Position numbers and translations under genes: made by a program. A stretch of DNA of 64,000 nt. Source: an uncultured Clostridia bacterium. GTDB taxonomy: Bacteria; Bacillota; Clostridia; TANB77; CAG-508. The notes under the pieces are model-generated. The model was not told the DNA's origin, did not search any database, and saw only the letters and a program-made list of their open reading frames with translations. Where the stretch lies: contig CANRGE010000004.1 of the NCBI GenBank assembly GCA_947630065.1, positions 9,149-73,148 on the forward strand, written 5' to 3'. Shown here in pieces: positions 18,735 to 27,562 of this stretch (positions are counted from its first letter, which is position 1; each line of letters opens with the position of its first letter).

Positions 18735-18801
18735 AATTATTTAGAATCCTTCTCCCACTACTATTACTGCTCGGCTATGCCACGGCATAGCAAAACCTGC
18801 G

Positions 18802-19443
18802 TCAGCCCCGCTTACCCTCTGTCGTGACCCTAAGATTTGTCGCACCAGCATAACCATAATATGAAAATAAACTGCCACTGTTAGCTCTTATCAACCCAGA
18901 AGCATAATCAACGTTCATCCATGTCGTAGAGCCGCCATGCCAACCGTTTGTTTCTGTTATCGCATCTCCTATTCTTGCTGCATATGAAGTTTTATATATA
19001 TTCTTATATTTTGCATTTACTCCTTTATATCTTGAAGAGTTACTCACAGTCCCTGCTGATACCCATTCTTTATTTATATAAATATATATTCCGCTTTTAT
19101 TTCCCGTTGTTGTTTCATTACTATTTATTTTACTAGGATTTCCATATGATGATGCTGATAATATTGCCATTGCTCCATATTCTGTATTTTTTTGCATGTG
19201 TATGTCTAAATTATTTGGTGTTGTTGCTGTTGATAATAAATTACTTGTATTTATTGTATCTTCTAAGCCTAGTGTTCCTCCTGCTTCTTCCATTTGTCTT
19301 ACGCTTAATAGCCAGTTTTCTAATGTTTGTGTTGTTCCATCGTTTCCGTTTGCTTGTAGTGCTGCTTGTGCATTCGTTGGTATTAGCATGCTTATTGCTA
19401 TTACCATTATTAATAATACTATTAGTTTTTCTTTTGTCTTCAT
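18802..19443 (-). CDS. Secreted protein of unknown function, paralog 2
   Basis: ATG at 19443 is preceded by GGAG. It has a signal peptide (MKTKEKLIVLLIMVIAISMLIPTNAQA) and is paralogous to 17663..18301. Confidence 0.75.
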   Translation of the reverse strand: MKTKEKLIVLLIMVIAISMLIPTNAQAALQANGNDGTTQTLENWLLSVRQMEEAGGTLGLEDTINTSNLLSTATTPNNLDIHMQKNTEYGAMAILSASSYGNPSKINSNETTTGNKSGIYIYINKEWVSAGTVSNSSRYKGVNAKYKNIYKTSYAARIGDAITETNGWHGGSTTWMNVDYASGLIRANSGSLFSYYGYAGATNLRVTTEGKRG

Positions 19444-19551
19444 ATTAATTCTCCAATCTTCATATATATTTTTTATTAATCGCATTTTATCACATTAGGT
19501 ATATTTTTGTAAAGTTTTGTTTCTAAATTGTAATAAAAAGTTGTTGTTTTT

Positions 19552-19941
19552 TTAAAATATATTATCCAACTTTAATTTTTCTCTATCATTTATATGTTCC
19601 AACAAATATATACATTTATCTATATCTTCTATTATGTGTTCATAATCTTGTATTTCTACATAGCTTTTTACAGATGTTAGTTCTGTACTTATTTTTTCTA
19701 TTTCGTTATGTTCTATATAGTATGCCATAGTATCGTCCAGTTCTTCCCATGTATCATATACTTCTTGTGCTTGTGCTTCTGCTTTTTCGTAGTTTATGTC
19801 TTCTTGTACTACTTCTTGTCTTAGTGTTTCTAATTTTTGTGATAGTTGTTCTACTGTATTATTTGTATTGTTTTGTGTTATTTTATTTAAGCCTAATATT
19901 GCTATGATTATGCCAATACTTATTATTAATTCTTTATACAT
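19552..19941 (-). CDS. DUF4363-like small membrane-anchored protein
   Basis: 129 aa with an N-terminal TM helix and a helical acidic body. It pairs with a DUF421 gene as is usual in spore formers. The family call is from memory. Confidence 0.5.
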   Translation of the reverse strand: MYKELIISIGIIIAILGLNKITQNNTNNTVEQLSQKLETLRQEVVQEDINYEKAEAQAQEVYDTWEELDDTMAYYIEHNEIEKISTELTSVKSYVEIQDYEHIIEDIDKCIYLLEHINDREKLKLDNIF

Positions 19942-19982
19942 ATACGCATTTTCATCCTTTCATAATTTCATAATTTATAGTT

Positions 19983-20098
19983 GAAAAACAATCAGTATAT
20001 TGCGTTGTTAGACTTCGGTCAAAATTCTTTCGATTACCACAAAGGTCTATCTCAAGAAATTTTGCCTTGTCTGCCTAGCACTATACTAATTCTTTTTC
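19983..20098 (+). repeat. Palindromic intergenic element, family 2, copy 1
   Basis: Its reverse complement aligns arm for arm with 36941..37057 (GAATTAGTRTAGTGCTAGGCAGACAAGRCAAAATTTCTT...). The central loop differs. Confidence 0.8.
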
Positions 20099-20155
20099 AA
20101 CACATTTTTACAATGTTTTAGCTAATTTTCTCCCTTTCTTAGTATAGTTTTAAAT

Positions 20156-20258
20156 AAAAACGAGCAGTACTAGGAAAGCTAGGCAAATAACCGCAGTCGT
20201 ACGAGTTGTACGTCGAGGATTATTTGACCGACGCTTGACAACGTAATGCGATGTTTTT
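20156..20258. repeat. Second long imperfect palindrome, loosely related to family 2
   Basis: Arms are AAAAACGAGCAGTACTAGGAAAGCTAGGCAAATAACC... and ...GGATTATTTGACCGACGCTTGACAACGTAATGCGATGTTTTT. Most arm differences are transitions. Confidence 0.6.
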
Positions 20259-20260
20259 AG

Positions 20261-20938
20261 TTAAAACTGCTTTTCCTTTTTTTGACAAAATATCTGTGAC
20301 TTTCCGTCTATAGTTACTAATAATGCTTCCTCTGGTGACATTTTAAATTTTTCAACTTGATTTTTTAACCATGTGTAGTTTCTTCCTATTTTATTTAAAT
20401 TGTCGTACATTACTTTTCCGTCTATTACTAAGTCATATGCTAGTCCTTCATAGTCTGGTGTTATATTGAAGTCTTCTGGGGTAGTTGTTCTTTTATTTGG
20501 TTTTAATACTACAGTTACTTCTCCACTTGTTTCTAATATTGCATATTCTACGTCTCCAATATTGTTTACATTGTTTTGTCTTAATCTTTCTTGTAGTTCA
20601 CTAATAGTAAATCTTTCTTTTATTAATGCTTTTTCTTCTATTTTTCCTCTATATATTAATATTCGTGGTTTACCACATACTATTTCTCTTGCTTTTATGC
20701 TTTTTAAATTTAGTAATGATATTAGCAGATGCATTATTAGTAGTCCTAATATTGGTATTATTCCTCTTGTTAGTGGGATTCCTGTTTCTGTCATTGGTAT
20801 TGATGCTAAGTCTGCTATCATTATAGATATTGCTAGTTCGAATGGTTGTAGTTGTCCTATTTCTCTTTTTCCCATAATTCTCATTACTACTAAAACCAAT
20901 ATATATAATATAATTGCTCTTATAAATGTTATTAACAT
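20261..20938 (-). CDS. DUF421 (YetF-like) membrane protein
   Basis: N-terminal TM region (RAIILYILVLVVMRIMGKREIGQLQPFE) and a C-terminal soluble domain typical of the YetF/YdfS family. Confidence 0.7.
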   Translation of the reverse strand: MLITFIRAIILYILVLVVMRIMGKREIGQLQPFELAISIMIADLASIPMTETGIPLTRGIIPILGLLIMHLLISLLNLKSIKAREIVCGKPRILIYRGKIEEKALIKERFTISELQERLRQNNVNNIGDVEYAILETSGEVTVVLKPNKRTTTPEDFNITPDYEGLAYDLVIDGKVMYDNLNKIGRNYTWLKNQVEKFKMSPEEALLVTIDGKSQIFCQKKEKQF

Positions 20939-20972
20939 TAAAATTTCTCCCTTTAATTAATTTTAAATATAT

Positions 20973-21102
20973 TGTAGGGGCGATTTTAATCGCCCGCAAA
21001 TATTTAATTTTATATTTTCTCTTTAATATTAAAGATCTTATAATTTTAATTATTTTATTAAGTAAAATCTTCGAAGAACGGGCGATTAAAATCGCCCCTA
21101 CA
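20973..21102. repeat. Inverted doublet of a GC-rich hairpin (GGGGCGATTTTAATCGCCC)
   Basis: TGTAGGGGCGATTTTAATCGCCCG (20973-20996) and its reverse complement (21079-21102) flank 82 nt of AT-rich DNA. A third copy is at 61997..62020. Confidence 0.85.
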
Positions 21103-21264
21103 CTCCAAATTTATTAAATGCGAAAAATCTATTTTATAAATTTCTTATTATATTGTTTACATTTTTAACTTTATTATTCTTTTTTGTATAAAAAATTTTT
21201 TTTGGTAAACAATAAATTTGTGAATTTAGAATATTCAATTTTGTTAGATTGGAGGGTTCATGTT

Positions 21265-21642
21265 ATGGAAGACAATAAAAGTAATGTTCAAACACAAAGT
21301 GGAACAGGTACAGTTGGTCAAGTAATTTGGAGATTTGTAGCTGCTGCTATAGTCCTTGCTATTACTGCATTTTTCACTCCTGGTTTTACTATTAATAACA
21401 TATGGTCTTTAGCTCTTGCTGCTATAGTTTTAACTATTATAGATTATTTAATTGTAAAATTTACTGGATTAAATGCTAGTCCTTTTGGTAAAGGATTTGT
21501 AGGTTTTGTTCTTTCTGCAGTTGTTCTTTATGTTACTCAATTCTTTGTTGCTGGCTATGCTATTTCTTGGATTGCCGCAATTATAGGAGCAATTGTATAT
21601 GGTGTTGTTGATTATTTTATACCTGGCGATAATAAATTGTAA
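21265..21642 (+). CDS. Small multi-pass membrane protein (holin-4/DUF360-like, uncertain)
   Basis: ATG at 21265 lies 8 nt after GGAGGG. Three to four hydrophobic helices. Confidence 0.5.
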   Translation: MEDNKSNVQTQSGTGTVGQVIWRFVAAAIVLAITAFFTPGFTINNIWSLALAAIVLTIIDYLIVKFTGLNASPFGKGFVGFVLSAVVLYVTQFFVAGYAISWIAAIIGAIVYGVVDYFIPGDNKL

Positions 21643-21657
21643 TATATTTTAAATAGC

Positions 21658-21696
21658 AAAACGAAGTATTGTGATTTTACAATACTTCGTTTTTTG
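21658..21696. terminator. Bidirectional terminator
   Basis: AAAACGAAGTATTG-tgatttta-CAATACTTCGTTTT. Confidence 0.8.
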
Positions 21697-21713
21697 AACT
21701 TTTATATTAATTT

Positions 21714-22976
21714 TTAATTTTTCTTGTTCCAGCCTTCTTTATTTATTTGTCTTTGACGTGCAATTGCTAATGCATTACTTGGAACATCGTCTGTTATTGT
21801 TGAACCTGCTGCTACAAATGTGTTTTCTCCTAATGTTACTGGTGCTATTAAATTTGTATTTGAGCCTATAAATGAGTGGTCTCCTATTATAGTTTTGCTT
21901 TTATTAAATCCATCATAATTACAGGTTATTGTTCCACATCCTATATTTGTTTTTGCTCCTATGTCACAGTCTCCCATATATGATAAGTGTGGTACTTTTG
22001 TTCCTTCTCCTATAATTGCTTTTTTTATTTCAACAAAGCTTCCTATTTTTGCTCTATCTGCAATTCTACATCCTTCTCTAATATATGCGTTTGGTCCTAT
22101 TTCACAGTCTTCTCCAATTACAACTCCAGATTTTATTGTTGTATTTGGATGTATTATTGTGTCCATTCCTATTTCTACATCATCATAAATATATGTATTA
22201 TTAATATCTTCTATTGTTACACCGTTTTTCATAAGTTCAGTATTTATTCTTATTTGTAATGCTTTTGTTAATATTTGTAAGTCCATTCTGTCATTTACTC
22301 CTAATACTTCAGCATTGTCACTTACTACTATTGAGCCTGTTTTTAATCCTTTATCATACATTATTTTTAATACATCTGTTAAATAGTATTCATTTTGGAC
22401 ATTGTTATTATCTAGCTTATCTAAAGCTTCTAGCAATTCTTCTATGTCGAAACAGTACATTCCCAAATTTACTTCTTTTATTTTTAATTGTTCAACATTA
22501 CAGTCTTTGTGTTCTACTATTTCTTTTACATTACCTTTTTCGTCATGTATAATTTTTCCATATGGTATTATTTCATCATGAACCATTGTTAATATTGTTG
22601 CCGCTTCTTCTTTTGAAACTGATTGTTCAACTAATTTTTTTAGCGTTTCTGGTCTCATTATAGGATGGTCACCATTTAATATTAATACTCTTCCTTTTTT
22701 GCCTTGTAAGAACTCTTTACATTGCATTACTGCGTGACCTGTTCCTAATTGTTCTTCTTGAATAGCATATTTAACACTAGAGCCTAATACTTCTTTTATT
22801 TGTTCTCTTTGATAACCAACAACTGCAACTACATCTTCTATTCCTGCTTTTTTTACATTATCTACAGCTCTTGTTATAATTTCTTTTCCATATATTTTAT
22901 GTACTAATTTAGATTTTTTCGATTTCATTCTTGTGCCTTTACCAGCTGCCATTACTATTGCTACTACGTTTTGCAT
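21714..22976 (-). CDS. glmU: Bifunctional UDP-GlcNAc pyrophosphorylase / GlcN-1-P acetyltransferase
   Basis: MQNVVAIVMAAGKGTRMKS nucleotidyltransferase N-terminus and left-handed beta-helix hexapeptide repeats at the C-terminus. ATG at 22976 follows GGAGG. Confidence 0.85.
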   Translation of the reverse strand: MQNVVAIVMAAGKGTRMKSKKSKLVHKIYGKEIITRAVDNVKKAGIEDVVAVVGYQREQIKEVLGSSVKYAIQEEQLGTGHAVMQCKEFLQGKKGRVLILNGDHPIMRPETLKKLVEQSVSKEEAATILTMVHDEIIPYGKIIHDEKGNVKEIVEHKDCNVEQLKIKEVNLGMYCFDIEELLEALDKLDNNNVQNEYYLTDVLKIMYDKGLKTGSIVVSDNAEVLGVNDRMDLQILTKALQIRINTELMKNGVTIEDINNTYIYDDVEIGMDTIIHPNTTIKSGVVIGEDCEIGPNAYIREGCRIADRAKIGSFVEIKKAIIGEGTKVPHLSYMGDCDIGAKTNIGCGTITCNYDGFNKSKTIIGDHSFIGSNTNLIAPVTLGENTFVAAGSTITDDVPSNALAIARQRQINKEGWNKKN

Positions 22977-23157
22977 AAAAACCTCCAATCGAGCATTTTT
23001 ATTGCTCTTTACTAATATATAAACTACACTATGTTCTGATTTATGTGCATTTTATATTTTTACGTGCTTATTCTAGCACAAAATAAAACATAATGCAATT
23101 AATTTCATTATATATTATTCTTTTTTTTAGAATTTTGCTATTATTATATTTAGAACT

Positions 23158-24684
23158 TTATATTTCTAGTTCTTTATCTTCTTCATCTGGTTTAAATGAT
23201 TTTACATTTATTTGTTCTCTTTTTTCTTTTGTATGATATGGCATTATTCCTTTTAAACTAGCATTTACATGATGAATAAATTTTGCATTTTTGGTTTTTG
23301 TATCATCTTTTTTTATACTTTTTGATATTTTTTCTATTTGTTTTATTTTTTCATCAGGTACCTTATACAAAATATTTGTAGGTAATATTTTTACTTTGCC
23401 ATCTAACGTTTTTACATTAATATCTTCATTACCAATGTATGTATTTACTATATACTGTTCTAGTCCATTTAATGTATAATAAAACATTGCTTTTGGTATA
23501 TGTATTGTCATAGGAACATATCCTGGATAATCAATTCCTACTAATACTGTGTATTCTTCATCTTCTGGCGTTTGTTTTATATATCCCCAATTTATTTTTG
23601 TTTTATTATGTAAGCATTCTAATACTTTTCCTAATAACATAGATTTCATATCATAATTTAAATTGCAACTTGTAAGTTCATTCATATTTGAAATAGCTTC
23701 AGATGCTAAATCGTTATTCATATTTGGTAATTTTTCATTAAAAATTTCTTCATATTCGTATTTATATTCTTCTACTATCTGTTTTATTTCTTTCATTTCT
23801 ATATCTCTGTCTCTTATAGTAAGAAATAATGTATCTAAAACATCTCTTTTTGCCATAACAGAAACTAATTTTTTATCTGGAATTTCTTTAATTTTATTTA
23901 TATCATCACTTTTTAATAAGTCAAAATTTTCTAAATAGTATATGCCTTCAAATAATTGTGTTTTTTCTTTTTGTATTCTATTTTGATAAAATGTATTTAA
24001 AAATATTAGTTCTTCTAATGGTAAATTTTCTAAATAGCTTGCATCAAACATTTTATATACTTCTTGTTCATCTGTTATTTTTAATTCTTTTATTGGTGCA
24101 TTCATATTATTTGATTTTATATATTTTTCTATTAAACCAAATTCTTTAAAAAATTTACCACTAGAAACTAATAAATCTATTAAATCTTTTTTTAGATGTG
24201 TTTCTATTTTGGTTCTTCCTATTGCACTATGAAGTATTTTTAATATAAATTCTTCTGATATATCCCTATCTTTCATTTGTTCGTTTATAATTTCTAAAAA
24301 TTCTCTTATAAGTCTTTTTGAATTTCTTTTTAAATTTAAACTGTAGTTATACTCTCGTAAAGATTGTATTCCTTCTTCTTTCATTTCTTTATAAGTTTTA
24401 TCTATTAAGGTAGGATTATTTTGTAAATATTTAATGGTAGAATCATGTGTTTGTTTTATAAATATATCTACATATTTTTCATCATATTCTTCCATTTCTT
24501 CTCTTATTTGTTTGTATAATATCTCTATAGCTTTGTTCTGTGATACTTCATTGTCTGTTTTTATTTTATTTATTTGTTCCATTACAAACTTCATATTTTC
24601 TTTTGCTCTTTTTATTTTTCTAGGTTTTGATGAAATTGTTTCTATTTCTTCTTCTACAAATTCTTTTAGGTTTTCTATTTTCAT
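23158..24684 (-). CDS. Hypothetical 508-aa K/E-rich protein
   Basis: Long uninterrupted ORF. No motif recognised. Confidence 0.6.
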   Translation of the reverse strand: MKIENLKEFVEEEIETISSKPRKIKRAKENMKFVMEQINKIKTDNEVSQNKAIEILYKQIREEMEEYDEKYVDIFIKQTHDSTIKYLQNNPTLIDKTYKEMKEEGIQSLREYNYSLNLKRNSKRLIREFLEIINEQMKDRDISEEFILKILHSAIGRTKIETHLKKDLIDLLVSSGKFFKEFGLIEKYIKSNNMNAPIKELKITDEQEVYKMFDASYLENLPLEELIFLNTFYQNRIQKEKTQLFEGIYYLENFDLLKSDDINKIKEIPDKKLVSVMAKRDVLDTLFLTIRDRDIEMKEIKQIVEEYKYEYEEIFNEKLPNMNNDLASEAISNMNELTSCNLNYDMKSMLLGKVLECLHNKTKINWGYIKQTPEDEEYTVLVGIDYPGYVPMTIHIPKAMFYYTLNGLEQYIVNTYIGNEDINVKTLDGKVKILPTNILYKVPDEKIKQIEKISKSIKKDDTKTKNAKFIHHVNASLKGIMPYHTKEKREQINVKSFKPDEEDKELEI

Positions 24685-24860
24685 TTTTATTTCGTTCCTT
24701 CCTAATATGTAAATACAACATTAAATTTTATTGCCTATATTATTTTACCATGTTTTTCTAATATTGCAATTATTTTTTTTATTTTGTCATAATCAATTAC
24801 TAATCAAAATATAAATTAATAAAGTTATTTGTACAAACATTTTTTAAGGAGGAAATATAG

Positions 24861-26339
24861 ATGGAAAATTTAAGCTTATATCAAGATATAGCTACTCGTA
24901 CAGATGGTGATATTTATATAGGAGTTGTTGGCCCTGTTAGAACTGGTAAATCAACTTTTATAAAAAAATTTATGGATTTACTTGTTATTCCTAATATTAA
25001 TAACGAGTATAAAAAAGAACGTGCTCGTGATGAATTACCACAAAGTGCTGCTGGTCGTACTATAATGACTACAGAGCCAAAATTTGTTCCTAATGAAGCT
25101 ATTGAAATTACAGTTGGAGAAAATTTAAAGTTAAAAACACGTTTAGTTGATTGTGTTGGATATTTAGTTAATAATGCTATTGGTTATTTAGAGGATGATG
25201 TTCCTAGAATGGTTAAAACACCATGGTCTAATGACGAAATTCCTTTTGAGGAAGCTGCTGAAATAGGTACTAGAAAGGTAATTCAAGAACATTCTACTAT
25301 TGGTATTTTAATAACTTCTGATGGTTCTATATGTGATATTCCAAGAGAAGATTACATTTCTGCTGAGGAACGTGTTGTTAAGGAATTACAAGATTTAAAC
25401 AAACCTTTTATTATAATTTTAAATTCGAATGACCCTTATTCTGATTATACTCGTGATTTAGCCGAAAAATTGGAAGAGAAATATCAAACTCCAGTTATAG
25501 CTACAGATTGTGCTAATTTAAATGTTGATGATATAAATACTATATTCTCTAAAGTTTTATATGAGTTTCCTATAGAACAAATTAACATTAGTTTTCCTAA
25601 ATGGGTAGATGGTTTAGTTGATTCTCATTGGTTAAAAAGTAATTTATATTCTCAAATTAGAGAGGCTTTTTCAGATGTAAAGATTTTAAAACAAATTGAT
25701 AATAGTGTTAGTAAAATAGTTCAAACAGATATAATACAAAAAACTAGTGTTTCACAAATTTTACTTGGTAATGGTAATGTAGATATTAATATTAATTTGA
25801 AAGAAGATTTATTTTATAAAGTATTAACAGAAATTTCTGGTGTAGAAATTAATAATGAAGGTGAAATTTTCTCTACTATAACAGATTTGGCTAGTGTTAA
25901 GAAAAAATACGATAAAATAGCGTATGCTTTAGATGAAGTAAAATGTAAAGGCTATGGAATTGTTACTCCTTCTATGGAAGATTTAATTTTAGAAGAACCG
26001 GAAATGGTTAAACAAGGCTCTAGATTTGGTGTTAAATTAAAGGCTCGTGCGCCATCGATTCACCTTATTAGAGCAAATATTGAAACTGAAGTGTCTCCTA
26101 TTGTTGGCTCTGAAAAACAATCTGAAGAACTTGTTAGTTATCTTCTTTCTGAATTTGAATCTGATCCTAAAAAAATATGGGAATCAAATATTTTTGGAAA
26201 AAATTTACATGAACTTGTTAATGAAGGTTTACAAAATAAATTGTGCCGTATGCCTGAAGATGCTCAAAGTAAACTACAAGAAACTTTAGAGCGTATTATA
26301 AATGAGGGCTCTGGCGGATTAATTTGTATAATACTATAA
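24861..26339 (+). CDS. spoIVA: Stage IV sporulation protein A
   Basis: IYIGVVGPVRTGKSTFIKKFMD Walker A, 492 aa, and the conserved C-terminus ...GSGGLICIIL. Confidence 0.93.
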   Translation: MENLSLYQDIATRTDGDIYIGVVGPVRTGKSTFIKKFMDLLVIPNINNEYKKERARDELPQSAAGRTIMTTEPKFVPNEAIEITVGENLKLKTRLVDCVGYLVNNAIGYLEDDVPRMVKTPWSNDEIPFEEAAEIGTRKVIQEHSTIGILITSDGSICDIPREDYISAEERVVKELQDLNKPFIIILNSNDPYSDYTRDLAEKLEEKYQTPVIATDCANLNVDDINTIFSKVLYEFPIEQINISFPKWVDGLVDSHWLKSNLYSQIREAFSDVKILKQIDNSVSKIVQTDIIQKTSVSQILLGNGNVDININLKEDLFYKVLTEISGVEINNEGEIFSTITDLASVKKKYDKIAYALDEVKCKGYGIVTPSMEDLILEEPEMVKQGSRFGVKLKARAPSIHLIRANIETEVSPIVGSEKQSEELVSYLLSEFESDPKKIWESNIFGKNLHELVNEGLQNKLCRMPEDAQSKLQETLERIINEGSGGLICIIL

Positions 26340-26354
26340 GATGATAATGCAACA

Positions 26355-26397
26355 AAGCAAATAAAAAAGTAACATTTTGTTACTTTTTTATTTGCTT
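26355..26397. terminator. Bidirectional terminator after spoIVA
   Basis: AAGCAAATAAAAAAGTAAC-atttt-GTTACTTTTTTATTTGCTT. Confidence 0.8.
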
Positions 26398-26470
26398 ATC
26401 TCTTTTTCAATTTGTCACTATTAAAAATGGCAATGAAATCAGTATATTAGTGTCTAACATTATTCTCATA

Positions 26471-26722
26471 TTAATCTGATTTCTTCTCCTTTCTAAACTC
26501 TTTTACCATTTCTGCGACATCTTCTTCATCCTTTAACTCTAATCTTTCCGATTCTTCTTTAAGAACCTCTCTTACCTTATCTATTGCAAGAGATATTGGA
26601 TTTATTAATATATAGTTTCCGTCTTTCTCTATAAAAGCTACTTTGTCACCATCTCTTCGATTTAAGTTCCTTCTTATAGATATTGGTAATGTTATTTGAC
26701 CTATTCTATTTAATTTTTTTAG
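26471..26722 (-). pseudogene. AbrB/MazE/SpoVT-type domain ORF without a canonical start codon
   Basis: The frame reads LKKLNRIGQITLPISIRRNLNRRDGDKVAFIEKDGNYILINP..., a looped-hinge-helix signature. There is no ATG, GTG or TTG between the upstream in-frame TAG (26725-26723) and the domain. It overlaps the last 5 codons of srtB. Confidence 0.4.
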
Positions 26723-27503
26723 CTACTACTACCATTCTTCCATTATTTTGTGAATATTCACACACAATTAAAGTAATTAATTGTTCTCCATATTCTGCAT
26801 TTATTCCTGTATCATATAATTGTATTTTTTTACAATTATTTATATAATCATTGTATTTTTCTTGATTACTTAAGTCTTTGCAATAATAATATCTAAATAC
26901 ATTAGTTTCATTTTGATAAAAAACTCTTGATTTAAATACTGTTACTATTTCATATGTCATTGTTTTTTCATTTGTAATTATTTCTATATTTTTATGTTGT
27001 TCATAGAAACCTTTATCTTCATAATTTAATAAATTTTGAAACATTTCTTTGTCTTTCATATTATGCCCATATATAATTACATTAGAATTAATATCATTTA
27101 AATCACAATCTTTATCTATAAAAATTGAGCCATAATTACTGTTTTCTTTTTTATAGTTTCTTTTTAAGTAATATTCGTTATCGTCTCCTTGTAATAATGG
27201 ATAATTTATTTTTGTATCATCTATTTTTATCCATCCTTTTATATCATCGTTTTCTAATTGCAGTTCACTTACTTTTTTAATAATCTCTTGATTTTTTTCT
27301 TCTTCAACAATATTTATAGTATTTTCTTTCTCTTGTGTTTCTATTTCTTTCTGTAATTCTTTCATATTATTTTTATCTCTATTATTTATATAAATATTAT
27401 ATCCTAAGCATATAAGTAATATTATTAAAACAAATATTAATACTACTAGCACATATTTTTTCACATTACCCTTTTTTATTTTTTCCTTTTTTTCTTTTTC
27501 CAT
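26706..27503 (-). CDS. srtB: Class B sortase
   Basis: TM anchor, YGHNMKDKEMF, and the catalytic region LITLIVCEY (TLxTC-like). Confidence 0.85.
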   Translation of the reverse strand: MEKEKKEKIKKGNVKKYVLVVLIFVLIILLICLGYNIYINNRDKNNMKELQKEIETQEKENTINIVEEEKNQEIIKKVSELQLENDDIKGWIKIDDTKINYPLLQGDDNEYYLKRNYKKENSNYGSIFIDKDCDLNDINSNVIIYGHNMKDKEMFQNLLNYEDKGFYEQHKNIEIITNEKTMTYEIVTVFKSRVFYQNETNVFRYYYCKDLSNQEKYNDYINNCKKIQLYDTGINAEYGEQLITLIVCEYSQNNGRMVVVAKKIK

Positions 27504-27523
27504 ATATCTCCCTTCATATATTT

Positions 27524-27550
27524 AAAGAGGCAACTTTTAATCGCCTCTTT
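27524..27550 (-). terminator. Hairpin between the LRR gene and srtB
   Basis: AAAGAGGC...GCCTCTTT. Confidence 0.5.
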
Positions 27551-27562
27551 ATTGGTTTGTTT

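Noticed and set aside
20466-20999. ORFs 20466..20960 (+), 20626..20826 (+), 20670..20999 (-) and 20926..21117 (+)
   Set aside because: They overlap the well-supported DUF421 gene or the hairpin doublet, and their translations are low-complexity.
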